Position numbers and translations under genes: made by a program. From assembly GCA_019828565.1 (NCBI GenBank), contig JAHDYR010000038.1:975478-1039477 (forward strand): 64,000 nt of DNA, written 5' to 3'. Within the stretch, counting starts at the first letter, position 1; each line of letters opens with the position of its first letter. Shown here piece by piece: positions 10,030 through 19,935 of this stretch. This DNA comes from Carpediemonas membranifera BICM (Eukaryota; Protista; Fornicata). Under the pieces are notes generated by a model. That model saw only the letters and a program-made list of their open reading frames with translations. It was not told the origin of the DNA and made no database searches.

Positions 10030-11844
10030 TCAGGTCAGTATCTTGCACACGATATATAGCCCCACGACTGTCAGCAAAAAGTACACAATCTGTCCGTATC
10101 TCGCGATAAATCTAAAATCGACGGGAAAATCTGTCCATACTTCAGGCAGAACACCTCTCATGCACAGCCGCTCAATCAACTGATTAGTAGCATCAGTCAG
10201 CATCACTGCAGGCCTGACGAGGCTCGCCGTCTCACCATACCGGGGGGCAAACCGGTCCCGGAACTCGTCGAGACCGTGCTTGGAGAACTGCCCCTCGCCA
10301 GCAAGGAACGCGTCCCGTTGCTCGGCGGTTGAGCGCTTACCCTGCACCTGGACTGGCGACATGCTCGAGATCTCGGGCGATGGCTCATCAGGCACGATAT
10401 TGAGCCCTATGGCGAGTGAATCTGCCACTTTCTGGGCCACAGTGGCGCCGTCGCTCCGTACAAGTTTGGTGAGGGCAACGGGCATCTTCCACCGAGGTCT
10501 CGCGAGCAGCACGCAGTGGTTGTGGGTCTTCACTGCACCGAGCATCAGTGCCGCGTCCGTAAAGGTCGGGAGGCGGCCGGTGATGACAGCGGCAGAGGCC
10601 TTCTGGGCCTCAGCACCAAGACTGTGGGGAAGCGGCGAGGTTTCGAGCTCGCGGGCGATGTCCCTGGCTATCTCGAGACAGTCTGACCCTAGCATCGTCG
10701 TGGCCACGAGGTACGCCGCCTTCAAGGGCAGCGTGCTCTCCTCGGGCGAGGGGTATGTCCCGATCCCGCCGAGCTGGGTGTCCAGGTACTGGATGAACAG
10801 GGGCACGAACAGTGGGTAGACCCTCGCCAGATGATGGGCATACTGCTCCGTGCCGAGGTTGCCGCGGGGCCGCAGTGCCGCGAGCCACACCCTGAGGGCC
10901 CGAGAGTGGGTCCGGCGGTACCTGGCGTACTCGACCCCGCTGGCCTTGATGTACGCGGAGAGCAGGGAGAAGGCGGAGGGGAGCACGGAGGTCTCGGCGG
11001 CCTTGGACAGAGGCTTGCCGGGGCCCAGGGTGACTGCGACGAGGAGGTGGGAGCACTGGAGCACCTTGGCGCGGGGCGGACGCTCCATTGTCGGGTCTGT
11101 GACCGACGCCTGCATCATCCAGAGCGTGGACATGATGGCCACGACGAGACCGCCCAGCCCCCCGGTCGACCCGAGGGCCCCGTACGAGGTGGACGTCGGC
11201 GCTGCATCAGGGGCGAAGAAGTCGAGCAGGGAGGCTACAATTGAGAGGTATGGGTCCTCGCCTTTGAGCACACGGGCCATGGCCCTCTGCCGGGCGGAAG
11301 GGCGGGCCCGACCCCGGACCATGAGGCCGCGGACGGAGGCGAGGGAGGAGGAGACAGACTGGGAGACCGCACGGGCGTCGTAGGCCCACATGCAGAGGGA
11401 TATGACGAAGTACTCCAGGGCTGTGGCGACGAGGAAGTCCGCCTCGTCGTCGGGGCCGAGCAGAGAGTAGGCAAGCTCCTCAATGACGCTTGATGCGTAG
11501 GCGTCGGGAGTTCGGATGGGAAGTGCGTCACGAATCCACGCTGCGCTTGCGGGAATGTCGTTGCGGCGGATTGCTTCGGCCACGGCCATTGGCAGCCGGC
11601 GAACTGGATAACGGAAGCGAATATCGGGTTGAGAATGCATGGCTATCAGTTTGGCAATGAATGGCTCTTCAGGGTCGAAGAGAGATAACAAATGATCAAT
11701 CTGCTGGACATATTTCTTCGAAATTGACAAGAACTGGCGGCGGGCAATGATGTAGGGCGTCGTGCTGCAACGAGGAGCACCAAATAGCTGATCACACACA
11801 GTGGGAAGCTCAATGTGAAGCTGCGCCAGATTAATCCGGAGCAT
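10030..11844 (-). CDS. Sphingomyelin phosphodiesterase 4 (nSMase3)-like tail-anchored protein
   Basis: RFRYPVRRLP, RVWLAALRP, YGETASLVR and VDFRFIARY plus a C-terminal TM resemble conserved SMPD4 blocks (recalled, not searched). Confidence 0.55.
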   Translation of the reverse strand: MLRINLAQLHIELPTVCDQLFGAPRCSTTPYIIARRQFLSISKKYVQQIDHLLSLFDPEEPFIAKLIAMHSQPDIRFRYPVRRLPMAVAEAIRRNDIPASAAWIRDALPIRTPDAYASSVIEELAYSLLGPDDEADFLVATALEYFVISLCMWAYDARAVSQSVSSSLASVRGLMVRGRARPSARQRAMARVLKGEDPYLSIVASLLDFFAPDAAPTSTSYGALGSTGGLGGLVVAIMSTLWMMQASVTDPTMERPPRAKVLQCSHLLVAVTLGPGKPLSKAAETSVLPSAFSLLSAYIKASGVEYARYRRTHSRALRVWLAALRPRGNLGTEQYAHHLARVYPLFVPLFIQYLDTQLGGIGTYPSPEESTLPLKAAYLVATTMLGSDCLEIARDIARELETSPLPHSLGAEAQKASAAVITGRLPTFTDAALMLGAVKTHNHCVLLARPRWKMPVALTKLVRSDGATVAQKVADSLAIGLNIVPDEPSPEISSMSPVQVQGKRSTAEQRDAFLAGEGQFSKHGLDEFRDRFAPRYGETASLVRPAVMLTDATNQLIERLCMRGVLPEVWTDFPVDFRFIARYGQIVYFLLTVVGLYIVCKILT

Positions 11845-11997
11845 TGACAGGAGAACGGTGCAGCATTAAGCGCATGAAAGTTGCCGACGTTGTCGAAAGT
11901 GACGGTAAATCATCTGAGTCACGCTTGGGCCCTTCTAGCATTGTCCAAGTCCTGGCTGTTATGGGCAGATGAGTTGGCCTTCAGCGAAGTTCCCCAT

Positions 11998-13188
11998 TCA
12001 CCATTTATCCAAGGGCAGACCTGCATTAAGACCCTTCTCGTGATCATACGCCTCAGCCCGACCGCTCAGACCCGACTCCAGCGTCACCACACCCTCCACT
12101 GTGGGGATCCAGGTAACAGGCTTGACCACAGCCCTTGTCACGGCCCACTCACTCGACTCTAGGGCCTTGATCGTGGTCGACATGTTGCGGAGGTCGGTCT
12201 GATATCGCGTGGTGAACCAGTCGACCGAGTCGATCGATGCCAGGAGCTCCATCACGGTGGCGACTGGGTAGGGCACGGTGGAGCGGTCGAAGAAGGCGTT
12301 GGCCTGCCACTGGGGGACCGCGGTGTTTGGGCACTCGGTGACAACGACCCAGCCGTCGATCTCGGGGAAGTTGGTCATCTTATCCGGGGTCGGGTCCGCG
12401 AGGTAGCAGACGCGTGTCGGCAGCCCGCGAGAAACCAAATGACGCTCAAGCGTGTCGAGCGTGCGATTTAGCGCGTCGCTCGGGGCATGTAGGATGGGCA
12501 GGAGGCCGATGCAGGTGCACTGCTTCAGCCTGTTCATGACGCCGTAACGACGCCTCGTGGGCACCATGCCTGCGACATAAACGCCTGGGCACGAGCAGTG
12601 GATGATCTTAGAGTCCATTCTGAGGTGGGTTTCAAGGGCCGACTCGGCGCCAACGTAGACAGGGGTCGCATCGGCCGGGACGAACCTGCCATGGATCGAC
12701 TTGAGCTCGCCGGTCGGGTCTTCCATTTGCTGGATCGATGCATCAAGGCCCAGGCCGGCTAGAGCGTCTGCGAGGGCTGGCAGGAGGCACCAGTTGGAGT
12801 ACTCCGCGACGAGGACAACCTTGCCCCAGCCCTCACTCTGGCACGCTTCCACGATGGCCTTGGCATCGGCCATCATGTCAGTAACGTCTGGGATCGAGGG
12901 CAGGACAAGGTGCGGGAGAGACGAGGGAGCGAAGCAGGTGTTCCCGATGTAGATGATCGCCTCGCAGTTAGCGCGCATCGCTGTGAGGTCGTCAACACAG
13001 CAACGCGCAACATGGTCACCGTGGAAGATCACAGAAGTCACGGGGAGCTTCTCTGTGAGCTGCCTGAAGATCTCCATACTGTCCTCGAGCGTGTGCTTGC
13101 CGGGGCCGCTCTGAAGCATCACAGTGCCATAATCACGCGCAAAGTCAACGCCCCGCGCTACTATCCGTTCCAAAAACTCCTTATCCAT
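11998..13188 (-). CDS. DPH2: Diphthamide biosynthesis protein 2
   Basis: CCVDDLTA, YIGNTCF, PDKMTNFPEIDGWVVVTECP and C-terminal GLSGRAEAYDHE. Confidence 0.88.
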   Translation of the reverse strand: MDKEFLERIVARGVDFARDYGTVMLQSGPGKHTLEDSMEIFRQLTEKLPVTSVIFHGDHVARCCVDDLTAMRANCEAIIYIGNTCFAPSSLPHLVLPSIPDVTDMMADAKAIVEACQSEGWGKVVLVAEYSNWCLLPALADALAGLGLDASIQQMEDPTGELKSIHGRFVPADATPVYVGAESALETHLRMDSKIIHCSCPGVYVAGMVPTRRRYGVMNRLKQCTCIGLLPILHAPSDALNRTLDTLERHLVSRGLPTRVCYLADPTPDKMTNFPEIDGWVVVTECPNTAVPQWQANAFFDRSTVPYPVATVMELLASIDSVDWFTTRYQTDLRNMSTTIKALESSEWAVTRAVVKPVTWIPTVEGVVTLESGLSGRAEAYDHEKGLNAGLPLDKW

Positions 13189-13330
13189 GTTTCAGCAATC
13201 CGGCGCGGTTTCAACAACAAGGACGCATGTGCCCGATCGCATGGATTATGCGAAATCCTCCCGGCATCCCGCCAGCACCAGGTCACGGTTTAACACTAAT
13301 AATAAAACAATAAGAAACAACACACACTCT

Positions 13331-14434
13331 CTACAACGCCGGAACCTGCACCCTCGCCGCCTCAGCCAGCGCCCTCAACCACCCCGCGGCCCGCCTCAGC
13401 CCAGCCCTGTCCTCCTCCCCAGGCTCGTCCATATCGACCCACCGGCCCGCACACACCCCCTCTACCAGCCTGAGGACGGTGCCCAAGTCCCCGATGAACT
13501 GGCGTGGGTCATGGTGCTCGTCAATCGCAGACTGTGTGAACTGCCGCAAAGAGGTGGGGCTGGGCAGCGGACCAAAGCTGTTGGAGAGATACAGGCTGGC
13601 CGGGTCGAGTGAGCCGACGCCCACGGCAACGTCAGAGACTCCCTCAAAGGAGGGGATGGAGGTAGCTGCATGAAGACCAGGCCCCATGGCCGCCGGGTCC
13701 GGCTGGGCCTTTCCGTCGTTCGCACTCTTGGTCTTCCGGGCCGCCTTCTTCTCTCCTGCAGCCCGCGGCGGCTCCTCTGCCACCTGGCCCGGGGTCAGCT
13801 CCGATAAGCCACAGACCCTCTCCCGGACCCGGATCACGGCCTTCCTGAAGGTAGACAGCGACCCCAGCGACTGCTCGGGGAATGCCTGGCAGTAAATCTC
13901 CTTCAGCGTCACTAGGAGGTCGGCACTGATCGGTTCAGTAGGCTTGACCCCCTGGGACTCGAGGAGAGTGAGCACTGAGTGGTCCCTGTCTGCCCTGGGC
14001 TTGGGACCGCGCTTAACTTTCTTCAACTCTCCGTTGCGTCGGCTGGAAATCCACCGCACAAGCGATTCCTTGCGGAGCTGGGGGTTCTCGGCCAGCACCT
14101 TATCCATGCCGTGATTCTCGCACTCTAGGATGTACCGCATCTTGTCCTCATACGTGTATACGCGCCGCTTGGCCTTGGGTCCCTTCTTTTCCTTCGTCCT
14201 CTTGGAAAGCATACGTGTTTGGGCCAGTGCAGGAGGCGAGATGGCTGCATTATGCTCGATTAGAGTTGTACCAGGAACTTTTGTTAGGACGTGAGACTGA
14301 TGCTTGGATGACCGGTCTGATTGTCGCGAAATGTCGTCGTCAAAACCTGCAGACGCTTCCGGCCTCTCAAACTGAACTTCGGGTATGTCAGACGGTGGCT
14401 GCCGTAAATCTTGCCTGATGCCTGATGTCACCAT
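13331..14434 (-). CDS. Hypothetical protein with putative HTH (Brinker/psq-like) DNA-binding segment
   Basis: RRVYTYEDKMRYI...LRKESLVRWI followed by the basic KRGPKPR. Confidence 0.55.
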   Translation of the reverse strand: MVTSGIRQDLRQPPSDIPEVQFERPEASAGFDDDISRQSDRSSKHQSHVLTKVPGTTLIEHNAAISPPALAQTRMLSKRTKEKKGPKAKRRVYTYEDKMRYILECENHGMDKVLAENPQLRKESLVRWISSRRNGELKKVKRGPKPRADRDHSVLTLLESQGVKPTEPISADLLVTLKEIYCQAFPEQSLGSLSTFRKAVIRVRERVCGLSELTPGQVAEEPPRAAGEKKAARKTKSANDGKAQPDPAAMGPGLHAATSIPSFEGVSDVAVGVGSLDPASLYLSNSFGPLPSPTSLRQFTQSAIDEHHDPRQFIGDLGTVLRLVEGVCAGRWVDMDEPGEEDRAGLRRAAGWLRALAEAARVQVPAL

Positions 14435-14568
14435 GCTGATCGTCTCGACGTTGGTCCACAGTTTCGATTCTCTGGTGTGCAGTTTATGTCAAGTCCAATG
14501 TGGTTTAGAGGGTTTATGTGGAGGATTCATGTAAAGGTGACTTAGGCTGTCGACCCCCCTGGGATTTA

Positions 14569-14598
14569 GACTCAACAATTCTAATCCTACGCGGCACA
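14569..14598 (+). repeat. 30-bp direct repeat, copy 1
   Basis: GACTCAACAATTCTAATCCT[A/G]CGCGGCACA, 29/30 identical to 15428-15457. Confidence 0.95.
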
Positions 14599-14958
14599 CT
14601 ACCTCCACTCACCCACTTCAGCCCTCGTCTGTACAATCGGGCTTTCGTGCTTTCAGTCGTCGGTCTGCACGAAAAGATGCGTCGTCCATCGTCTGTGTCG
14701 AACGCTGCTGTCTTCTTTCGCATCTGTGCTCGTCTGTTACGCGCTCATCTGTCGTCCATTGCCGGCGTCTGAAGCTCATGACGTCGTCGTCTTCGTCGTC
14801 TTCGTCTGTTGTGAGAGAAACTAGTGGTGGAAAGCGGTTGTAGCTAGTAGTAAAGACGCTTTGTGTTGTATGATGCTGGTTTCTTGTGTTTTGAGGGATG
14901 CTGCTAGCTGATGAACCCTGAAAAGAAATGATCGATGCAGGCAGCTCAATAGACTCCG

Positions 14959-15312
14959 ATGCCTTCCAAGATATTCACAATGCTCCGGCACAACGTCGTC
15001 GTGAGTGTCACGATGGTCTCGGAATTCCGCACTTCCATCGTGTGCCCATACTGCAAAGCACACTTCAGACGTGTGGTGCACACACGCCGTACCATGCTCT
15101 GCCAGAATCCCGCGTGCGAGGGAGCTCCATGGCGCGTTGAACGGCTACGTCGGCATCCCGAGCAGAGAGACATACTTCTCAATCTCTCTCACCGAGATAA
15201 GAGCGCCAGCGAGAACATCCTTTGGTGCACCTTCGATGCAACTTCAGATCAGATAGAGCAATCTCCTTTCCACTACGACTCCCAGAGAGGTGCTCTTCCT
15301 CGCTATCATTAA
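14959..15312 (+). pseudogene. Fanzor/TnpB C-terminal fragment (RuvC-II, Zn ribbon, RuvC-III)
   Basis: VSEFRTSIVCPYC...LCQNPAC...HRDKSASENIL matches the TnpB/Fanzor pattern vxExxTSxxCxxC...CxxC...RDxxAAxNI. RuvC-I and the N-terminus are missing. Confidence 0.8.
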
Positions 15313-15427
15313 CTTGCTAAGTTGAGCAAACACGCGCTGCAGCACGCGTGATATGCTGCGCACGATTGATAGAGTATGATGAACCACACTGCGATCCTGA
15401 TGCTGCTTGGATTCACTGTGTGTTTTG

Positions 15428-15457
15428 GACTCAACAATTCTAATCCTGCGCGGCACA
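15428..15457 (+). repeat. 30-bp direct repeat, copy 2
   Basis: See copy 1. Confidence 0.95.
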
Positions 15458-15548
15458 TCCAATCAGCAACTCAGTCAGTTGATGGATTTAGGGGGACTCC
15501 GCGCCTGTGCGTATAGTCCATTATGCGCCCTGATGATTCAGGCAGACA

Positions 15549-16412
15549 TTAGTCCAGAACATCCCAACTCGCGTTTTCAAGGGGCGCCCATCTTCGAAAA
15601 TGGACCCGACCCAGCATCATATTTATCGAACGGCGAGGGGGACAGACATGGGAACGCGTGCTAGACAAATACATAACAATCGCGTGTTGGGCGGGGTGGT
15701 GTCTGACACTTGGGTCCAATAAATGGTCCGTCGGGGGGATGGGAAGCCGGAGAATTATTGAAGCTCTATCTCTGCCTCCCCTTCTGAATCGCGTTACAAG
15801 ACAGAGTCTAGCGTCGTCTGACGGAGCTGCTTCAGCCCGAATGGCAGACGCTTGTTCGGCACGGCGACGTAAAAGAGCAAAAAAGAACAGCCCCGCGATA
15901 GGTCGACTCTCCAGGTCTGTCTCGCCCACCTGCTGCACTACAGGGACTCCTTTGTCGTCAATACCGAAGTCGTAGACAGCTGGTACCATCTTGTCGTCCA
16001 CCTTGATCGTGAAGGAGGGGGCGACGCGGATCGTCCCCGTGACCCTGCCGAGCGTCCAGAGTGCCAGCATGATGACCTCCATGTTAGTGTAGCTTGTGTT
16101 CTCGATGCCCTTGGCCAAGTTCTCGAGATTGGTCGACCCGTCTGGTCCCGTCGAGGGGCTTCGGAAGGTGTGGAAAGCACATGATCCGTCCATCGGCACC
16201 GAGAAGACAAGCGCATTGCAGCGCTGTGCCAGCGTGTCTAGCCTCCCCAGGGTCGACTTACGCGGCTTGTTAAGGCCGGTCAGGTCCTTAACCTGCGTGA
16301 CGGTGTCTCCGGCAACTCGCTTCAGGACGCGACTGCTCGGAGGGACGAAGTCGTGCTTGGGCTGCACTGAGGGCAATCTTGTGATGTTAGGCTCCTCCTT
16401 ACGTGCGACCAC
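15549..16412 (-). CDS. ORF downstream of the RLE with an OTU-like catalytic motif
   Basis: VFSVPMDGSCAFHTF resembles the OTU motif VxxDGxCxF; no His motif identified. Confidence 0.4.
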   Translation of the reverse strand: MVARKEEPNITRLPSVQPKHDFVPPSSRVLKRVAGDTVTQVKDLTGLNKPRKSTLGRLDTLAQRCNALVFSVPMDGSCAFHTFRSPSTGPDGSTNLENLAKGIENTSYTNMEVIMLALWTLGRVTGTIRVAPSFTIKVDDKMVPAVYDFGIDDKGVPVVQQVGETDLESRPIAGLFFFALLRRRAEQASAIRAEAAPSDDARLCLVTRFRRGGRDRASIILRLPIPPTDHLLDPSVRHHPAQHAIVMYLSSTRSHVCPPRRSINMMLGRVHFRRWAPLENASWDVLD

Positions 16413-17772
16413 AGGCTCGGCTTGCTCGACATCGGGGGGCGAATGGGTTGTTTTGGGCTCCCCCTGAGATGATGTCGCGGACTCGGCCTACGTGGATGAT
16501 GAGGTACTGCGACCGTTGTCTGTGTCGCGTGCAGAGTCGAGCTGCTCTATTGAGGCAATTGAGCAGCCGCGGAGGCAGTCGGCGACCATCGACTTGGCCC
16601 CCCTAAAGAGTGTGCACTGCAGACCCGCGAGTACAAACGAGGCCTGCTTCGCAGAGAAGATGTCTGTGATCAGCGTCCGGAAGGCCCGGTCGATGACGCC
16701 GTTGGAGGCCAACATCAGGGGTTTGACGTCAGCGCCGGCGTGCTGCCTGGCCTTGTCCCTGGAGCGTCTGGCGAAGCTGCACTCCTCTAGGCGATGCACC
16801 ACTGTGAGATCGAAGTGCTCTGGCTTCAGTGGGGTCGCGTTTCGCCGCAGGGTGAAGTCGATCCGGGGTGTCCCGTAGACTGTGTGCGGCTCGTAGTTCA
16901 GCACCTCGGCTGACTTCGGCAGCAGTGATAGGAAGACGCGGTTGAGCTGGTCGTGCATCTTAGTCCGAGCCGACATCGAGTTTCTGCAGTTGATGTGGTG
17001 GTCGTAGGACGTGACACAGTTGCATCTTGAGCAAAACAGCTTGGCCTCGCCCGCGAAGTCAGCGTAGCGGCTCTGGATCGCTGCGCGGAAGACTGCGTTG
17101 TCCATCTCGGTCAGCTTGGACGTTGGATAGGCGCTGAGCCAGGCTCCGGAACCATGCTCCTGCAGTTGCTTAACGACGCTTCGCACCCTCTCCGGCATCT
17201 TGCGGATCTTCAGCCGGTAGTGGTCCTCGCCTATACGGCTCAGAACAGCTGTCAGGTCGGCCTGCTTGAGGCCGATGCCCGACTCGTCAAGCCGCGCGAG
17301 GCTTATCGCGTGCACGTCCCGAACGTCAGGGATGCCGAGCCCGCCATGGCGGATCGGCAGGGGGATGACATGGCACGCGACATCAACCGAAAGGCCACAC
17401 GCCTCAGCGATCAGGCGGTTCTTGGCGGCGTCGAAGTTCTGGAGGATGTGCGCGGCCTTGCGTCCGACGAACGCGTTGTGCTCTCTCGGCATCCGGAGCG
17501 CGTGCACTAACCTGGGCATGATGCAGTCGCGGATCAGGGTGACGGCTGCCTGGAGAGGGAGGTTACGCAGTAGGTCGCGTATCGCGTCCAGCTGCTTCTG
17601 GAAAAGCCCGTTCAGCTTCATGCAGCGCTCGTCAGCGTCGGCGCCCGGGAAGTGACCCATGATATTCGTCGTCGTAAAGGTCGTGAGGCCATGATCCGGG
17701 TGGACGATCGACTCTTTCCCGGCCAGCCAGAAGCTCTTCGCCTCCTTGTGCAGCATGGCGAACCGATGGGAT

Positions 17773-17889
17773 TGTCACGTTGTGTTAGCTGTCCCAATCA
17801 GTTCTTTTATGATTGGTCAATGATCATCAAAGTCAATTTAAAGTTAGTTCATCGTTTCCCTTCGGTGTTCCTGTCCCCTGCCCGTCACA
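17773..17889 (+). repeat. Solo LTR (117 bp), same family as the Gypsy C 5' LTR
   Basis: TG...CA ends, identical to 25063-25179, flanked by the 5-bp TSD GGGAT (17768-17772 / 17890-17894). Confidence 0.95.
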
Positions 17890-18844
17890 GGGATCTGTCG
17901 GTATCCGAGTCAGCCAACGTGATATCGTCCATATACATGGTCTCACTTGGCACACGCGACCCGAACTCGTTCTTTGCCTGCGTCACGGGTGTGACCAACA
18001 CCAGACAGAAGAGGAGTGGCGAGAGGGGTCGCCCTGGCGGACGCCCTGCTTAGCCTCAAGCACGTGGTCACCGAATGCTCTGAGATCTTCGTCGTAGAGA
18101 TGAAGCATATACGACTTGAGACTGGCGTCGGCGTTGAGTGCCTCGATCGTGGCCCGGATGGCTGGTCTAGAAACGCTGTTGAAGGCGTTCTCCAGGTCGA
18201 CAGAGAGCACATCCTTGCCCTGCTCGATGGCCTCTTGGATCCGAATTGCGGTGCGGGTGGACCCCTCGGGGAGGAAGGCCGCCTGATTCGGGCCCGTGGC
18301 CTGGGCTAGCTGCGGGATAAGCTGTCTGGCGACGATGCCGTTCAGCATTCGCAGCAGCGCCGAGCATACGACTATGGGTCGCCACGTGTTGTCACCCTTC
18401 GGGAGCAGTGAGAGTCGACCGGTGAGGCAGACTCTTGGAATCCGCTCCGGCGACTTCAGCCAGACGTTAATAGGGCTGCAATCGTCTTGATGGTTGCGGG
18501 GTCGTCGCGTACCAGGTGCTTTATACACTCGGGACGGATCCAGTCAGGGCCACTGCTGGAGGTGTCGTCGATGCGCATAGCGGCCTGGCAGACCATATCC
18601 TCGCTCACCTTAGGGAGGGAGACGTGGAGGTGGTCTGGTAGCTCGATCGTCGGGCATGGCGGGGCGTCGGTTGGGTGGAGGGCCTGGGCGTGGGCGAGGG
18701 TCGGGGTGCGTCGCGTGTGCTCTGAAGCGAACGCGGCCATGGCCTTGCCCGGCCGACCATTGCGGAGGAAGAAGAGAGCCCGGTTGTTCTTGTGAACGTT
18801 GTGGTCGGCCTTGGAGATCATCACTGGCGAGGTTCGGTCCCGAC

Positions 18845-19935
18845 TGTAGTGTCGCGTATACATTATATATTGGGTCTCGTTTAGTCATGTCGACACCCAT
18901 TGTGTCGACTCTATAAATCACTCTCCTTGCCATTTGTGTTTTCCAACACCACAGTAATTACTGCGCAGTCATGTTTAATGCAAATGCTCTGGATCTGTTT
19001 TCAGCCCCTTATCTCGATGGAATGACCGCCTCCCAATGGCAGACTTTCCGAGAGGCTTATTATGCATATCGCTCCCGCGGTGGTACTATCCCCGTCCGTA
19101 ACTTAATCTCCCGTACGACGTGGGAACTCATGTGCCTCCGTGATCCCGGCCTTCTCCTCGTTCCACGCCCCGTTGACGTCCAAGAAGCCCACGATCTCGC
19201 TGTCGTCGATGAAGATGATGTGGACGATGACGCTTCTTCTTCTTCGTCGGACAGTTCCTCTGACGACGAAGCTCCCGAGGAGGCGCCGCTTCCTTGCCTC
19301 CAAGGAGATCAAGAAACCTGCCGTATCATCAGCCGCATCAACGCCATCTACCAACCCATGGACCGGCGCGAAGCCATGGACCGCTTCGAGCGCATCCACT
19401 GCGCCCAGAAAGGTTCGATCCACGACAACGTGCTTCGTTACGTTTTCGCATACCAACAGCAGCTCGAGAACTGCGCCTCCGTCCGGCCCAAGGTCAAACA
19501 ACTAGTTAAGACCTTTGTGACCAACTTGCAGCCTGAACGCCTGCGTGACCGCGTGCTGACATTTGCTCAGCCGCACGACCTGATGGTCACGTTCGCGGCC
19601 GCGATCGAACAGTCACGCCACCTCGAGCAGGTGAGCCGCGAGGGCCCTCACCTGAATCCTCGGGCCGAAGTCCGCGCCGCGCCCGACCACAAGAAGGTCA
19701 AGTTGTGCCGTATGCTAGGCAAAAAGGTAAAGGTGGTTTTATCTGGCAAAACTCAATGACTCGGCAGCAAGGAGACAGGAAACGCCACAAAGTGCGCCTT
19801 TTGCGGAAAGGCTGGACACACGCAGGAGAAGTGCTTTAAGCGGGAGAGGGAGTTGAAGAAGGGCGGCAATAAAAGCCGTGCCTATTCAGAGTTTCTTACA
19901 GCAGTCACAGTAGCCCCAGTGCGCGAGAGTCGGGT
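18845..19935 (+). mobile_element. Gypsy A: 5' LTR (18845-18953) + gag (from 18971) with CCHC knuckle; 3' part lost
   Basis: TGTAGT...CCACA. The gag is homologous to Gypsy C gag (RPK..LV..F.TN....RLR.R), with KCAFCGKAGHTQEKC at about 19790-19835. Confidence 0.75.

Larger units (their letters stand above)
15549..18844 (-). mobile_element. CRE-like non-LTR retrotransposon (RT + CCHC + restriction-like endonuclease), frameshifted, 5' part cut by Gypsy A
   Basis: RT motifs SGPDWI, WRPIVV, NQAAF, VDLENAFNSV, GVRQGDP and YMDDI. Downstream: LPIRHGGLG, SGAWL, CSRC...HHINC, KMHD, PRIDF and FDLTV. Confidence 0.85.

Noticed and set aside
14569-15457. CRISPR array
   Set aside because: Only two repeats 859 bp apart, in a eukaryotic context.
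15458-15472. Putative Fanzor guide targeting the C-family LTR (shared CCAATCAG)
   Set aside because: An 8-nt match is expected by chance in 64 kb.
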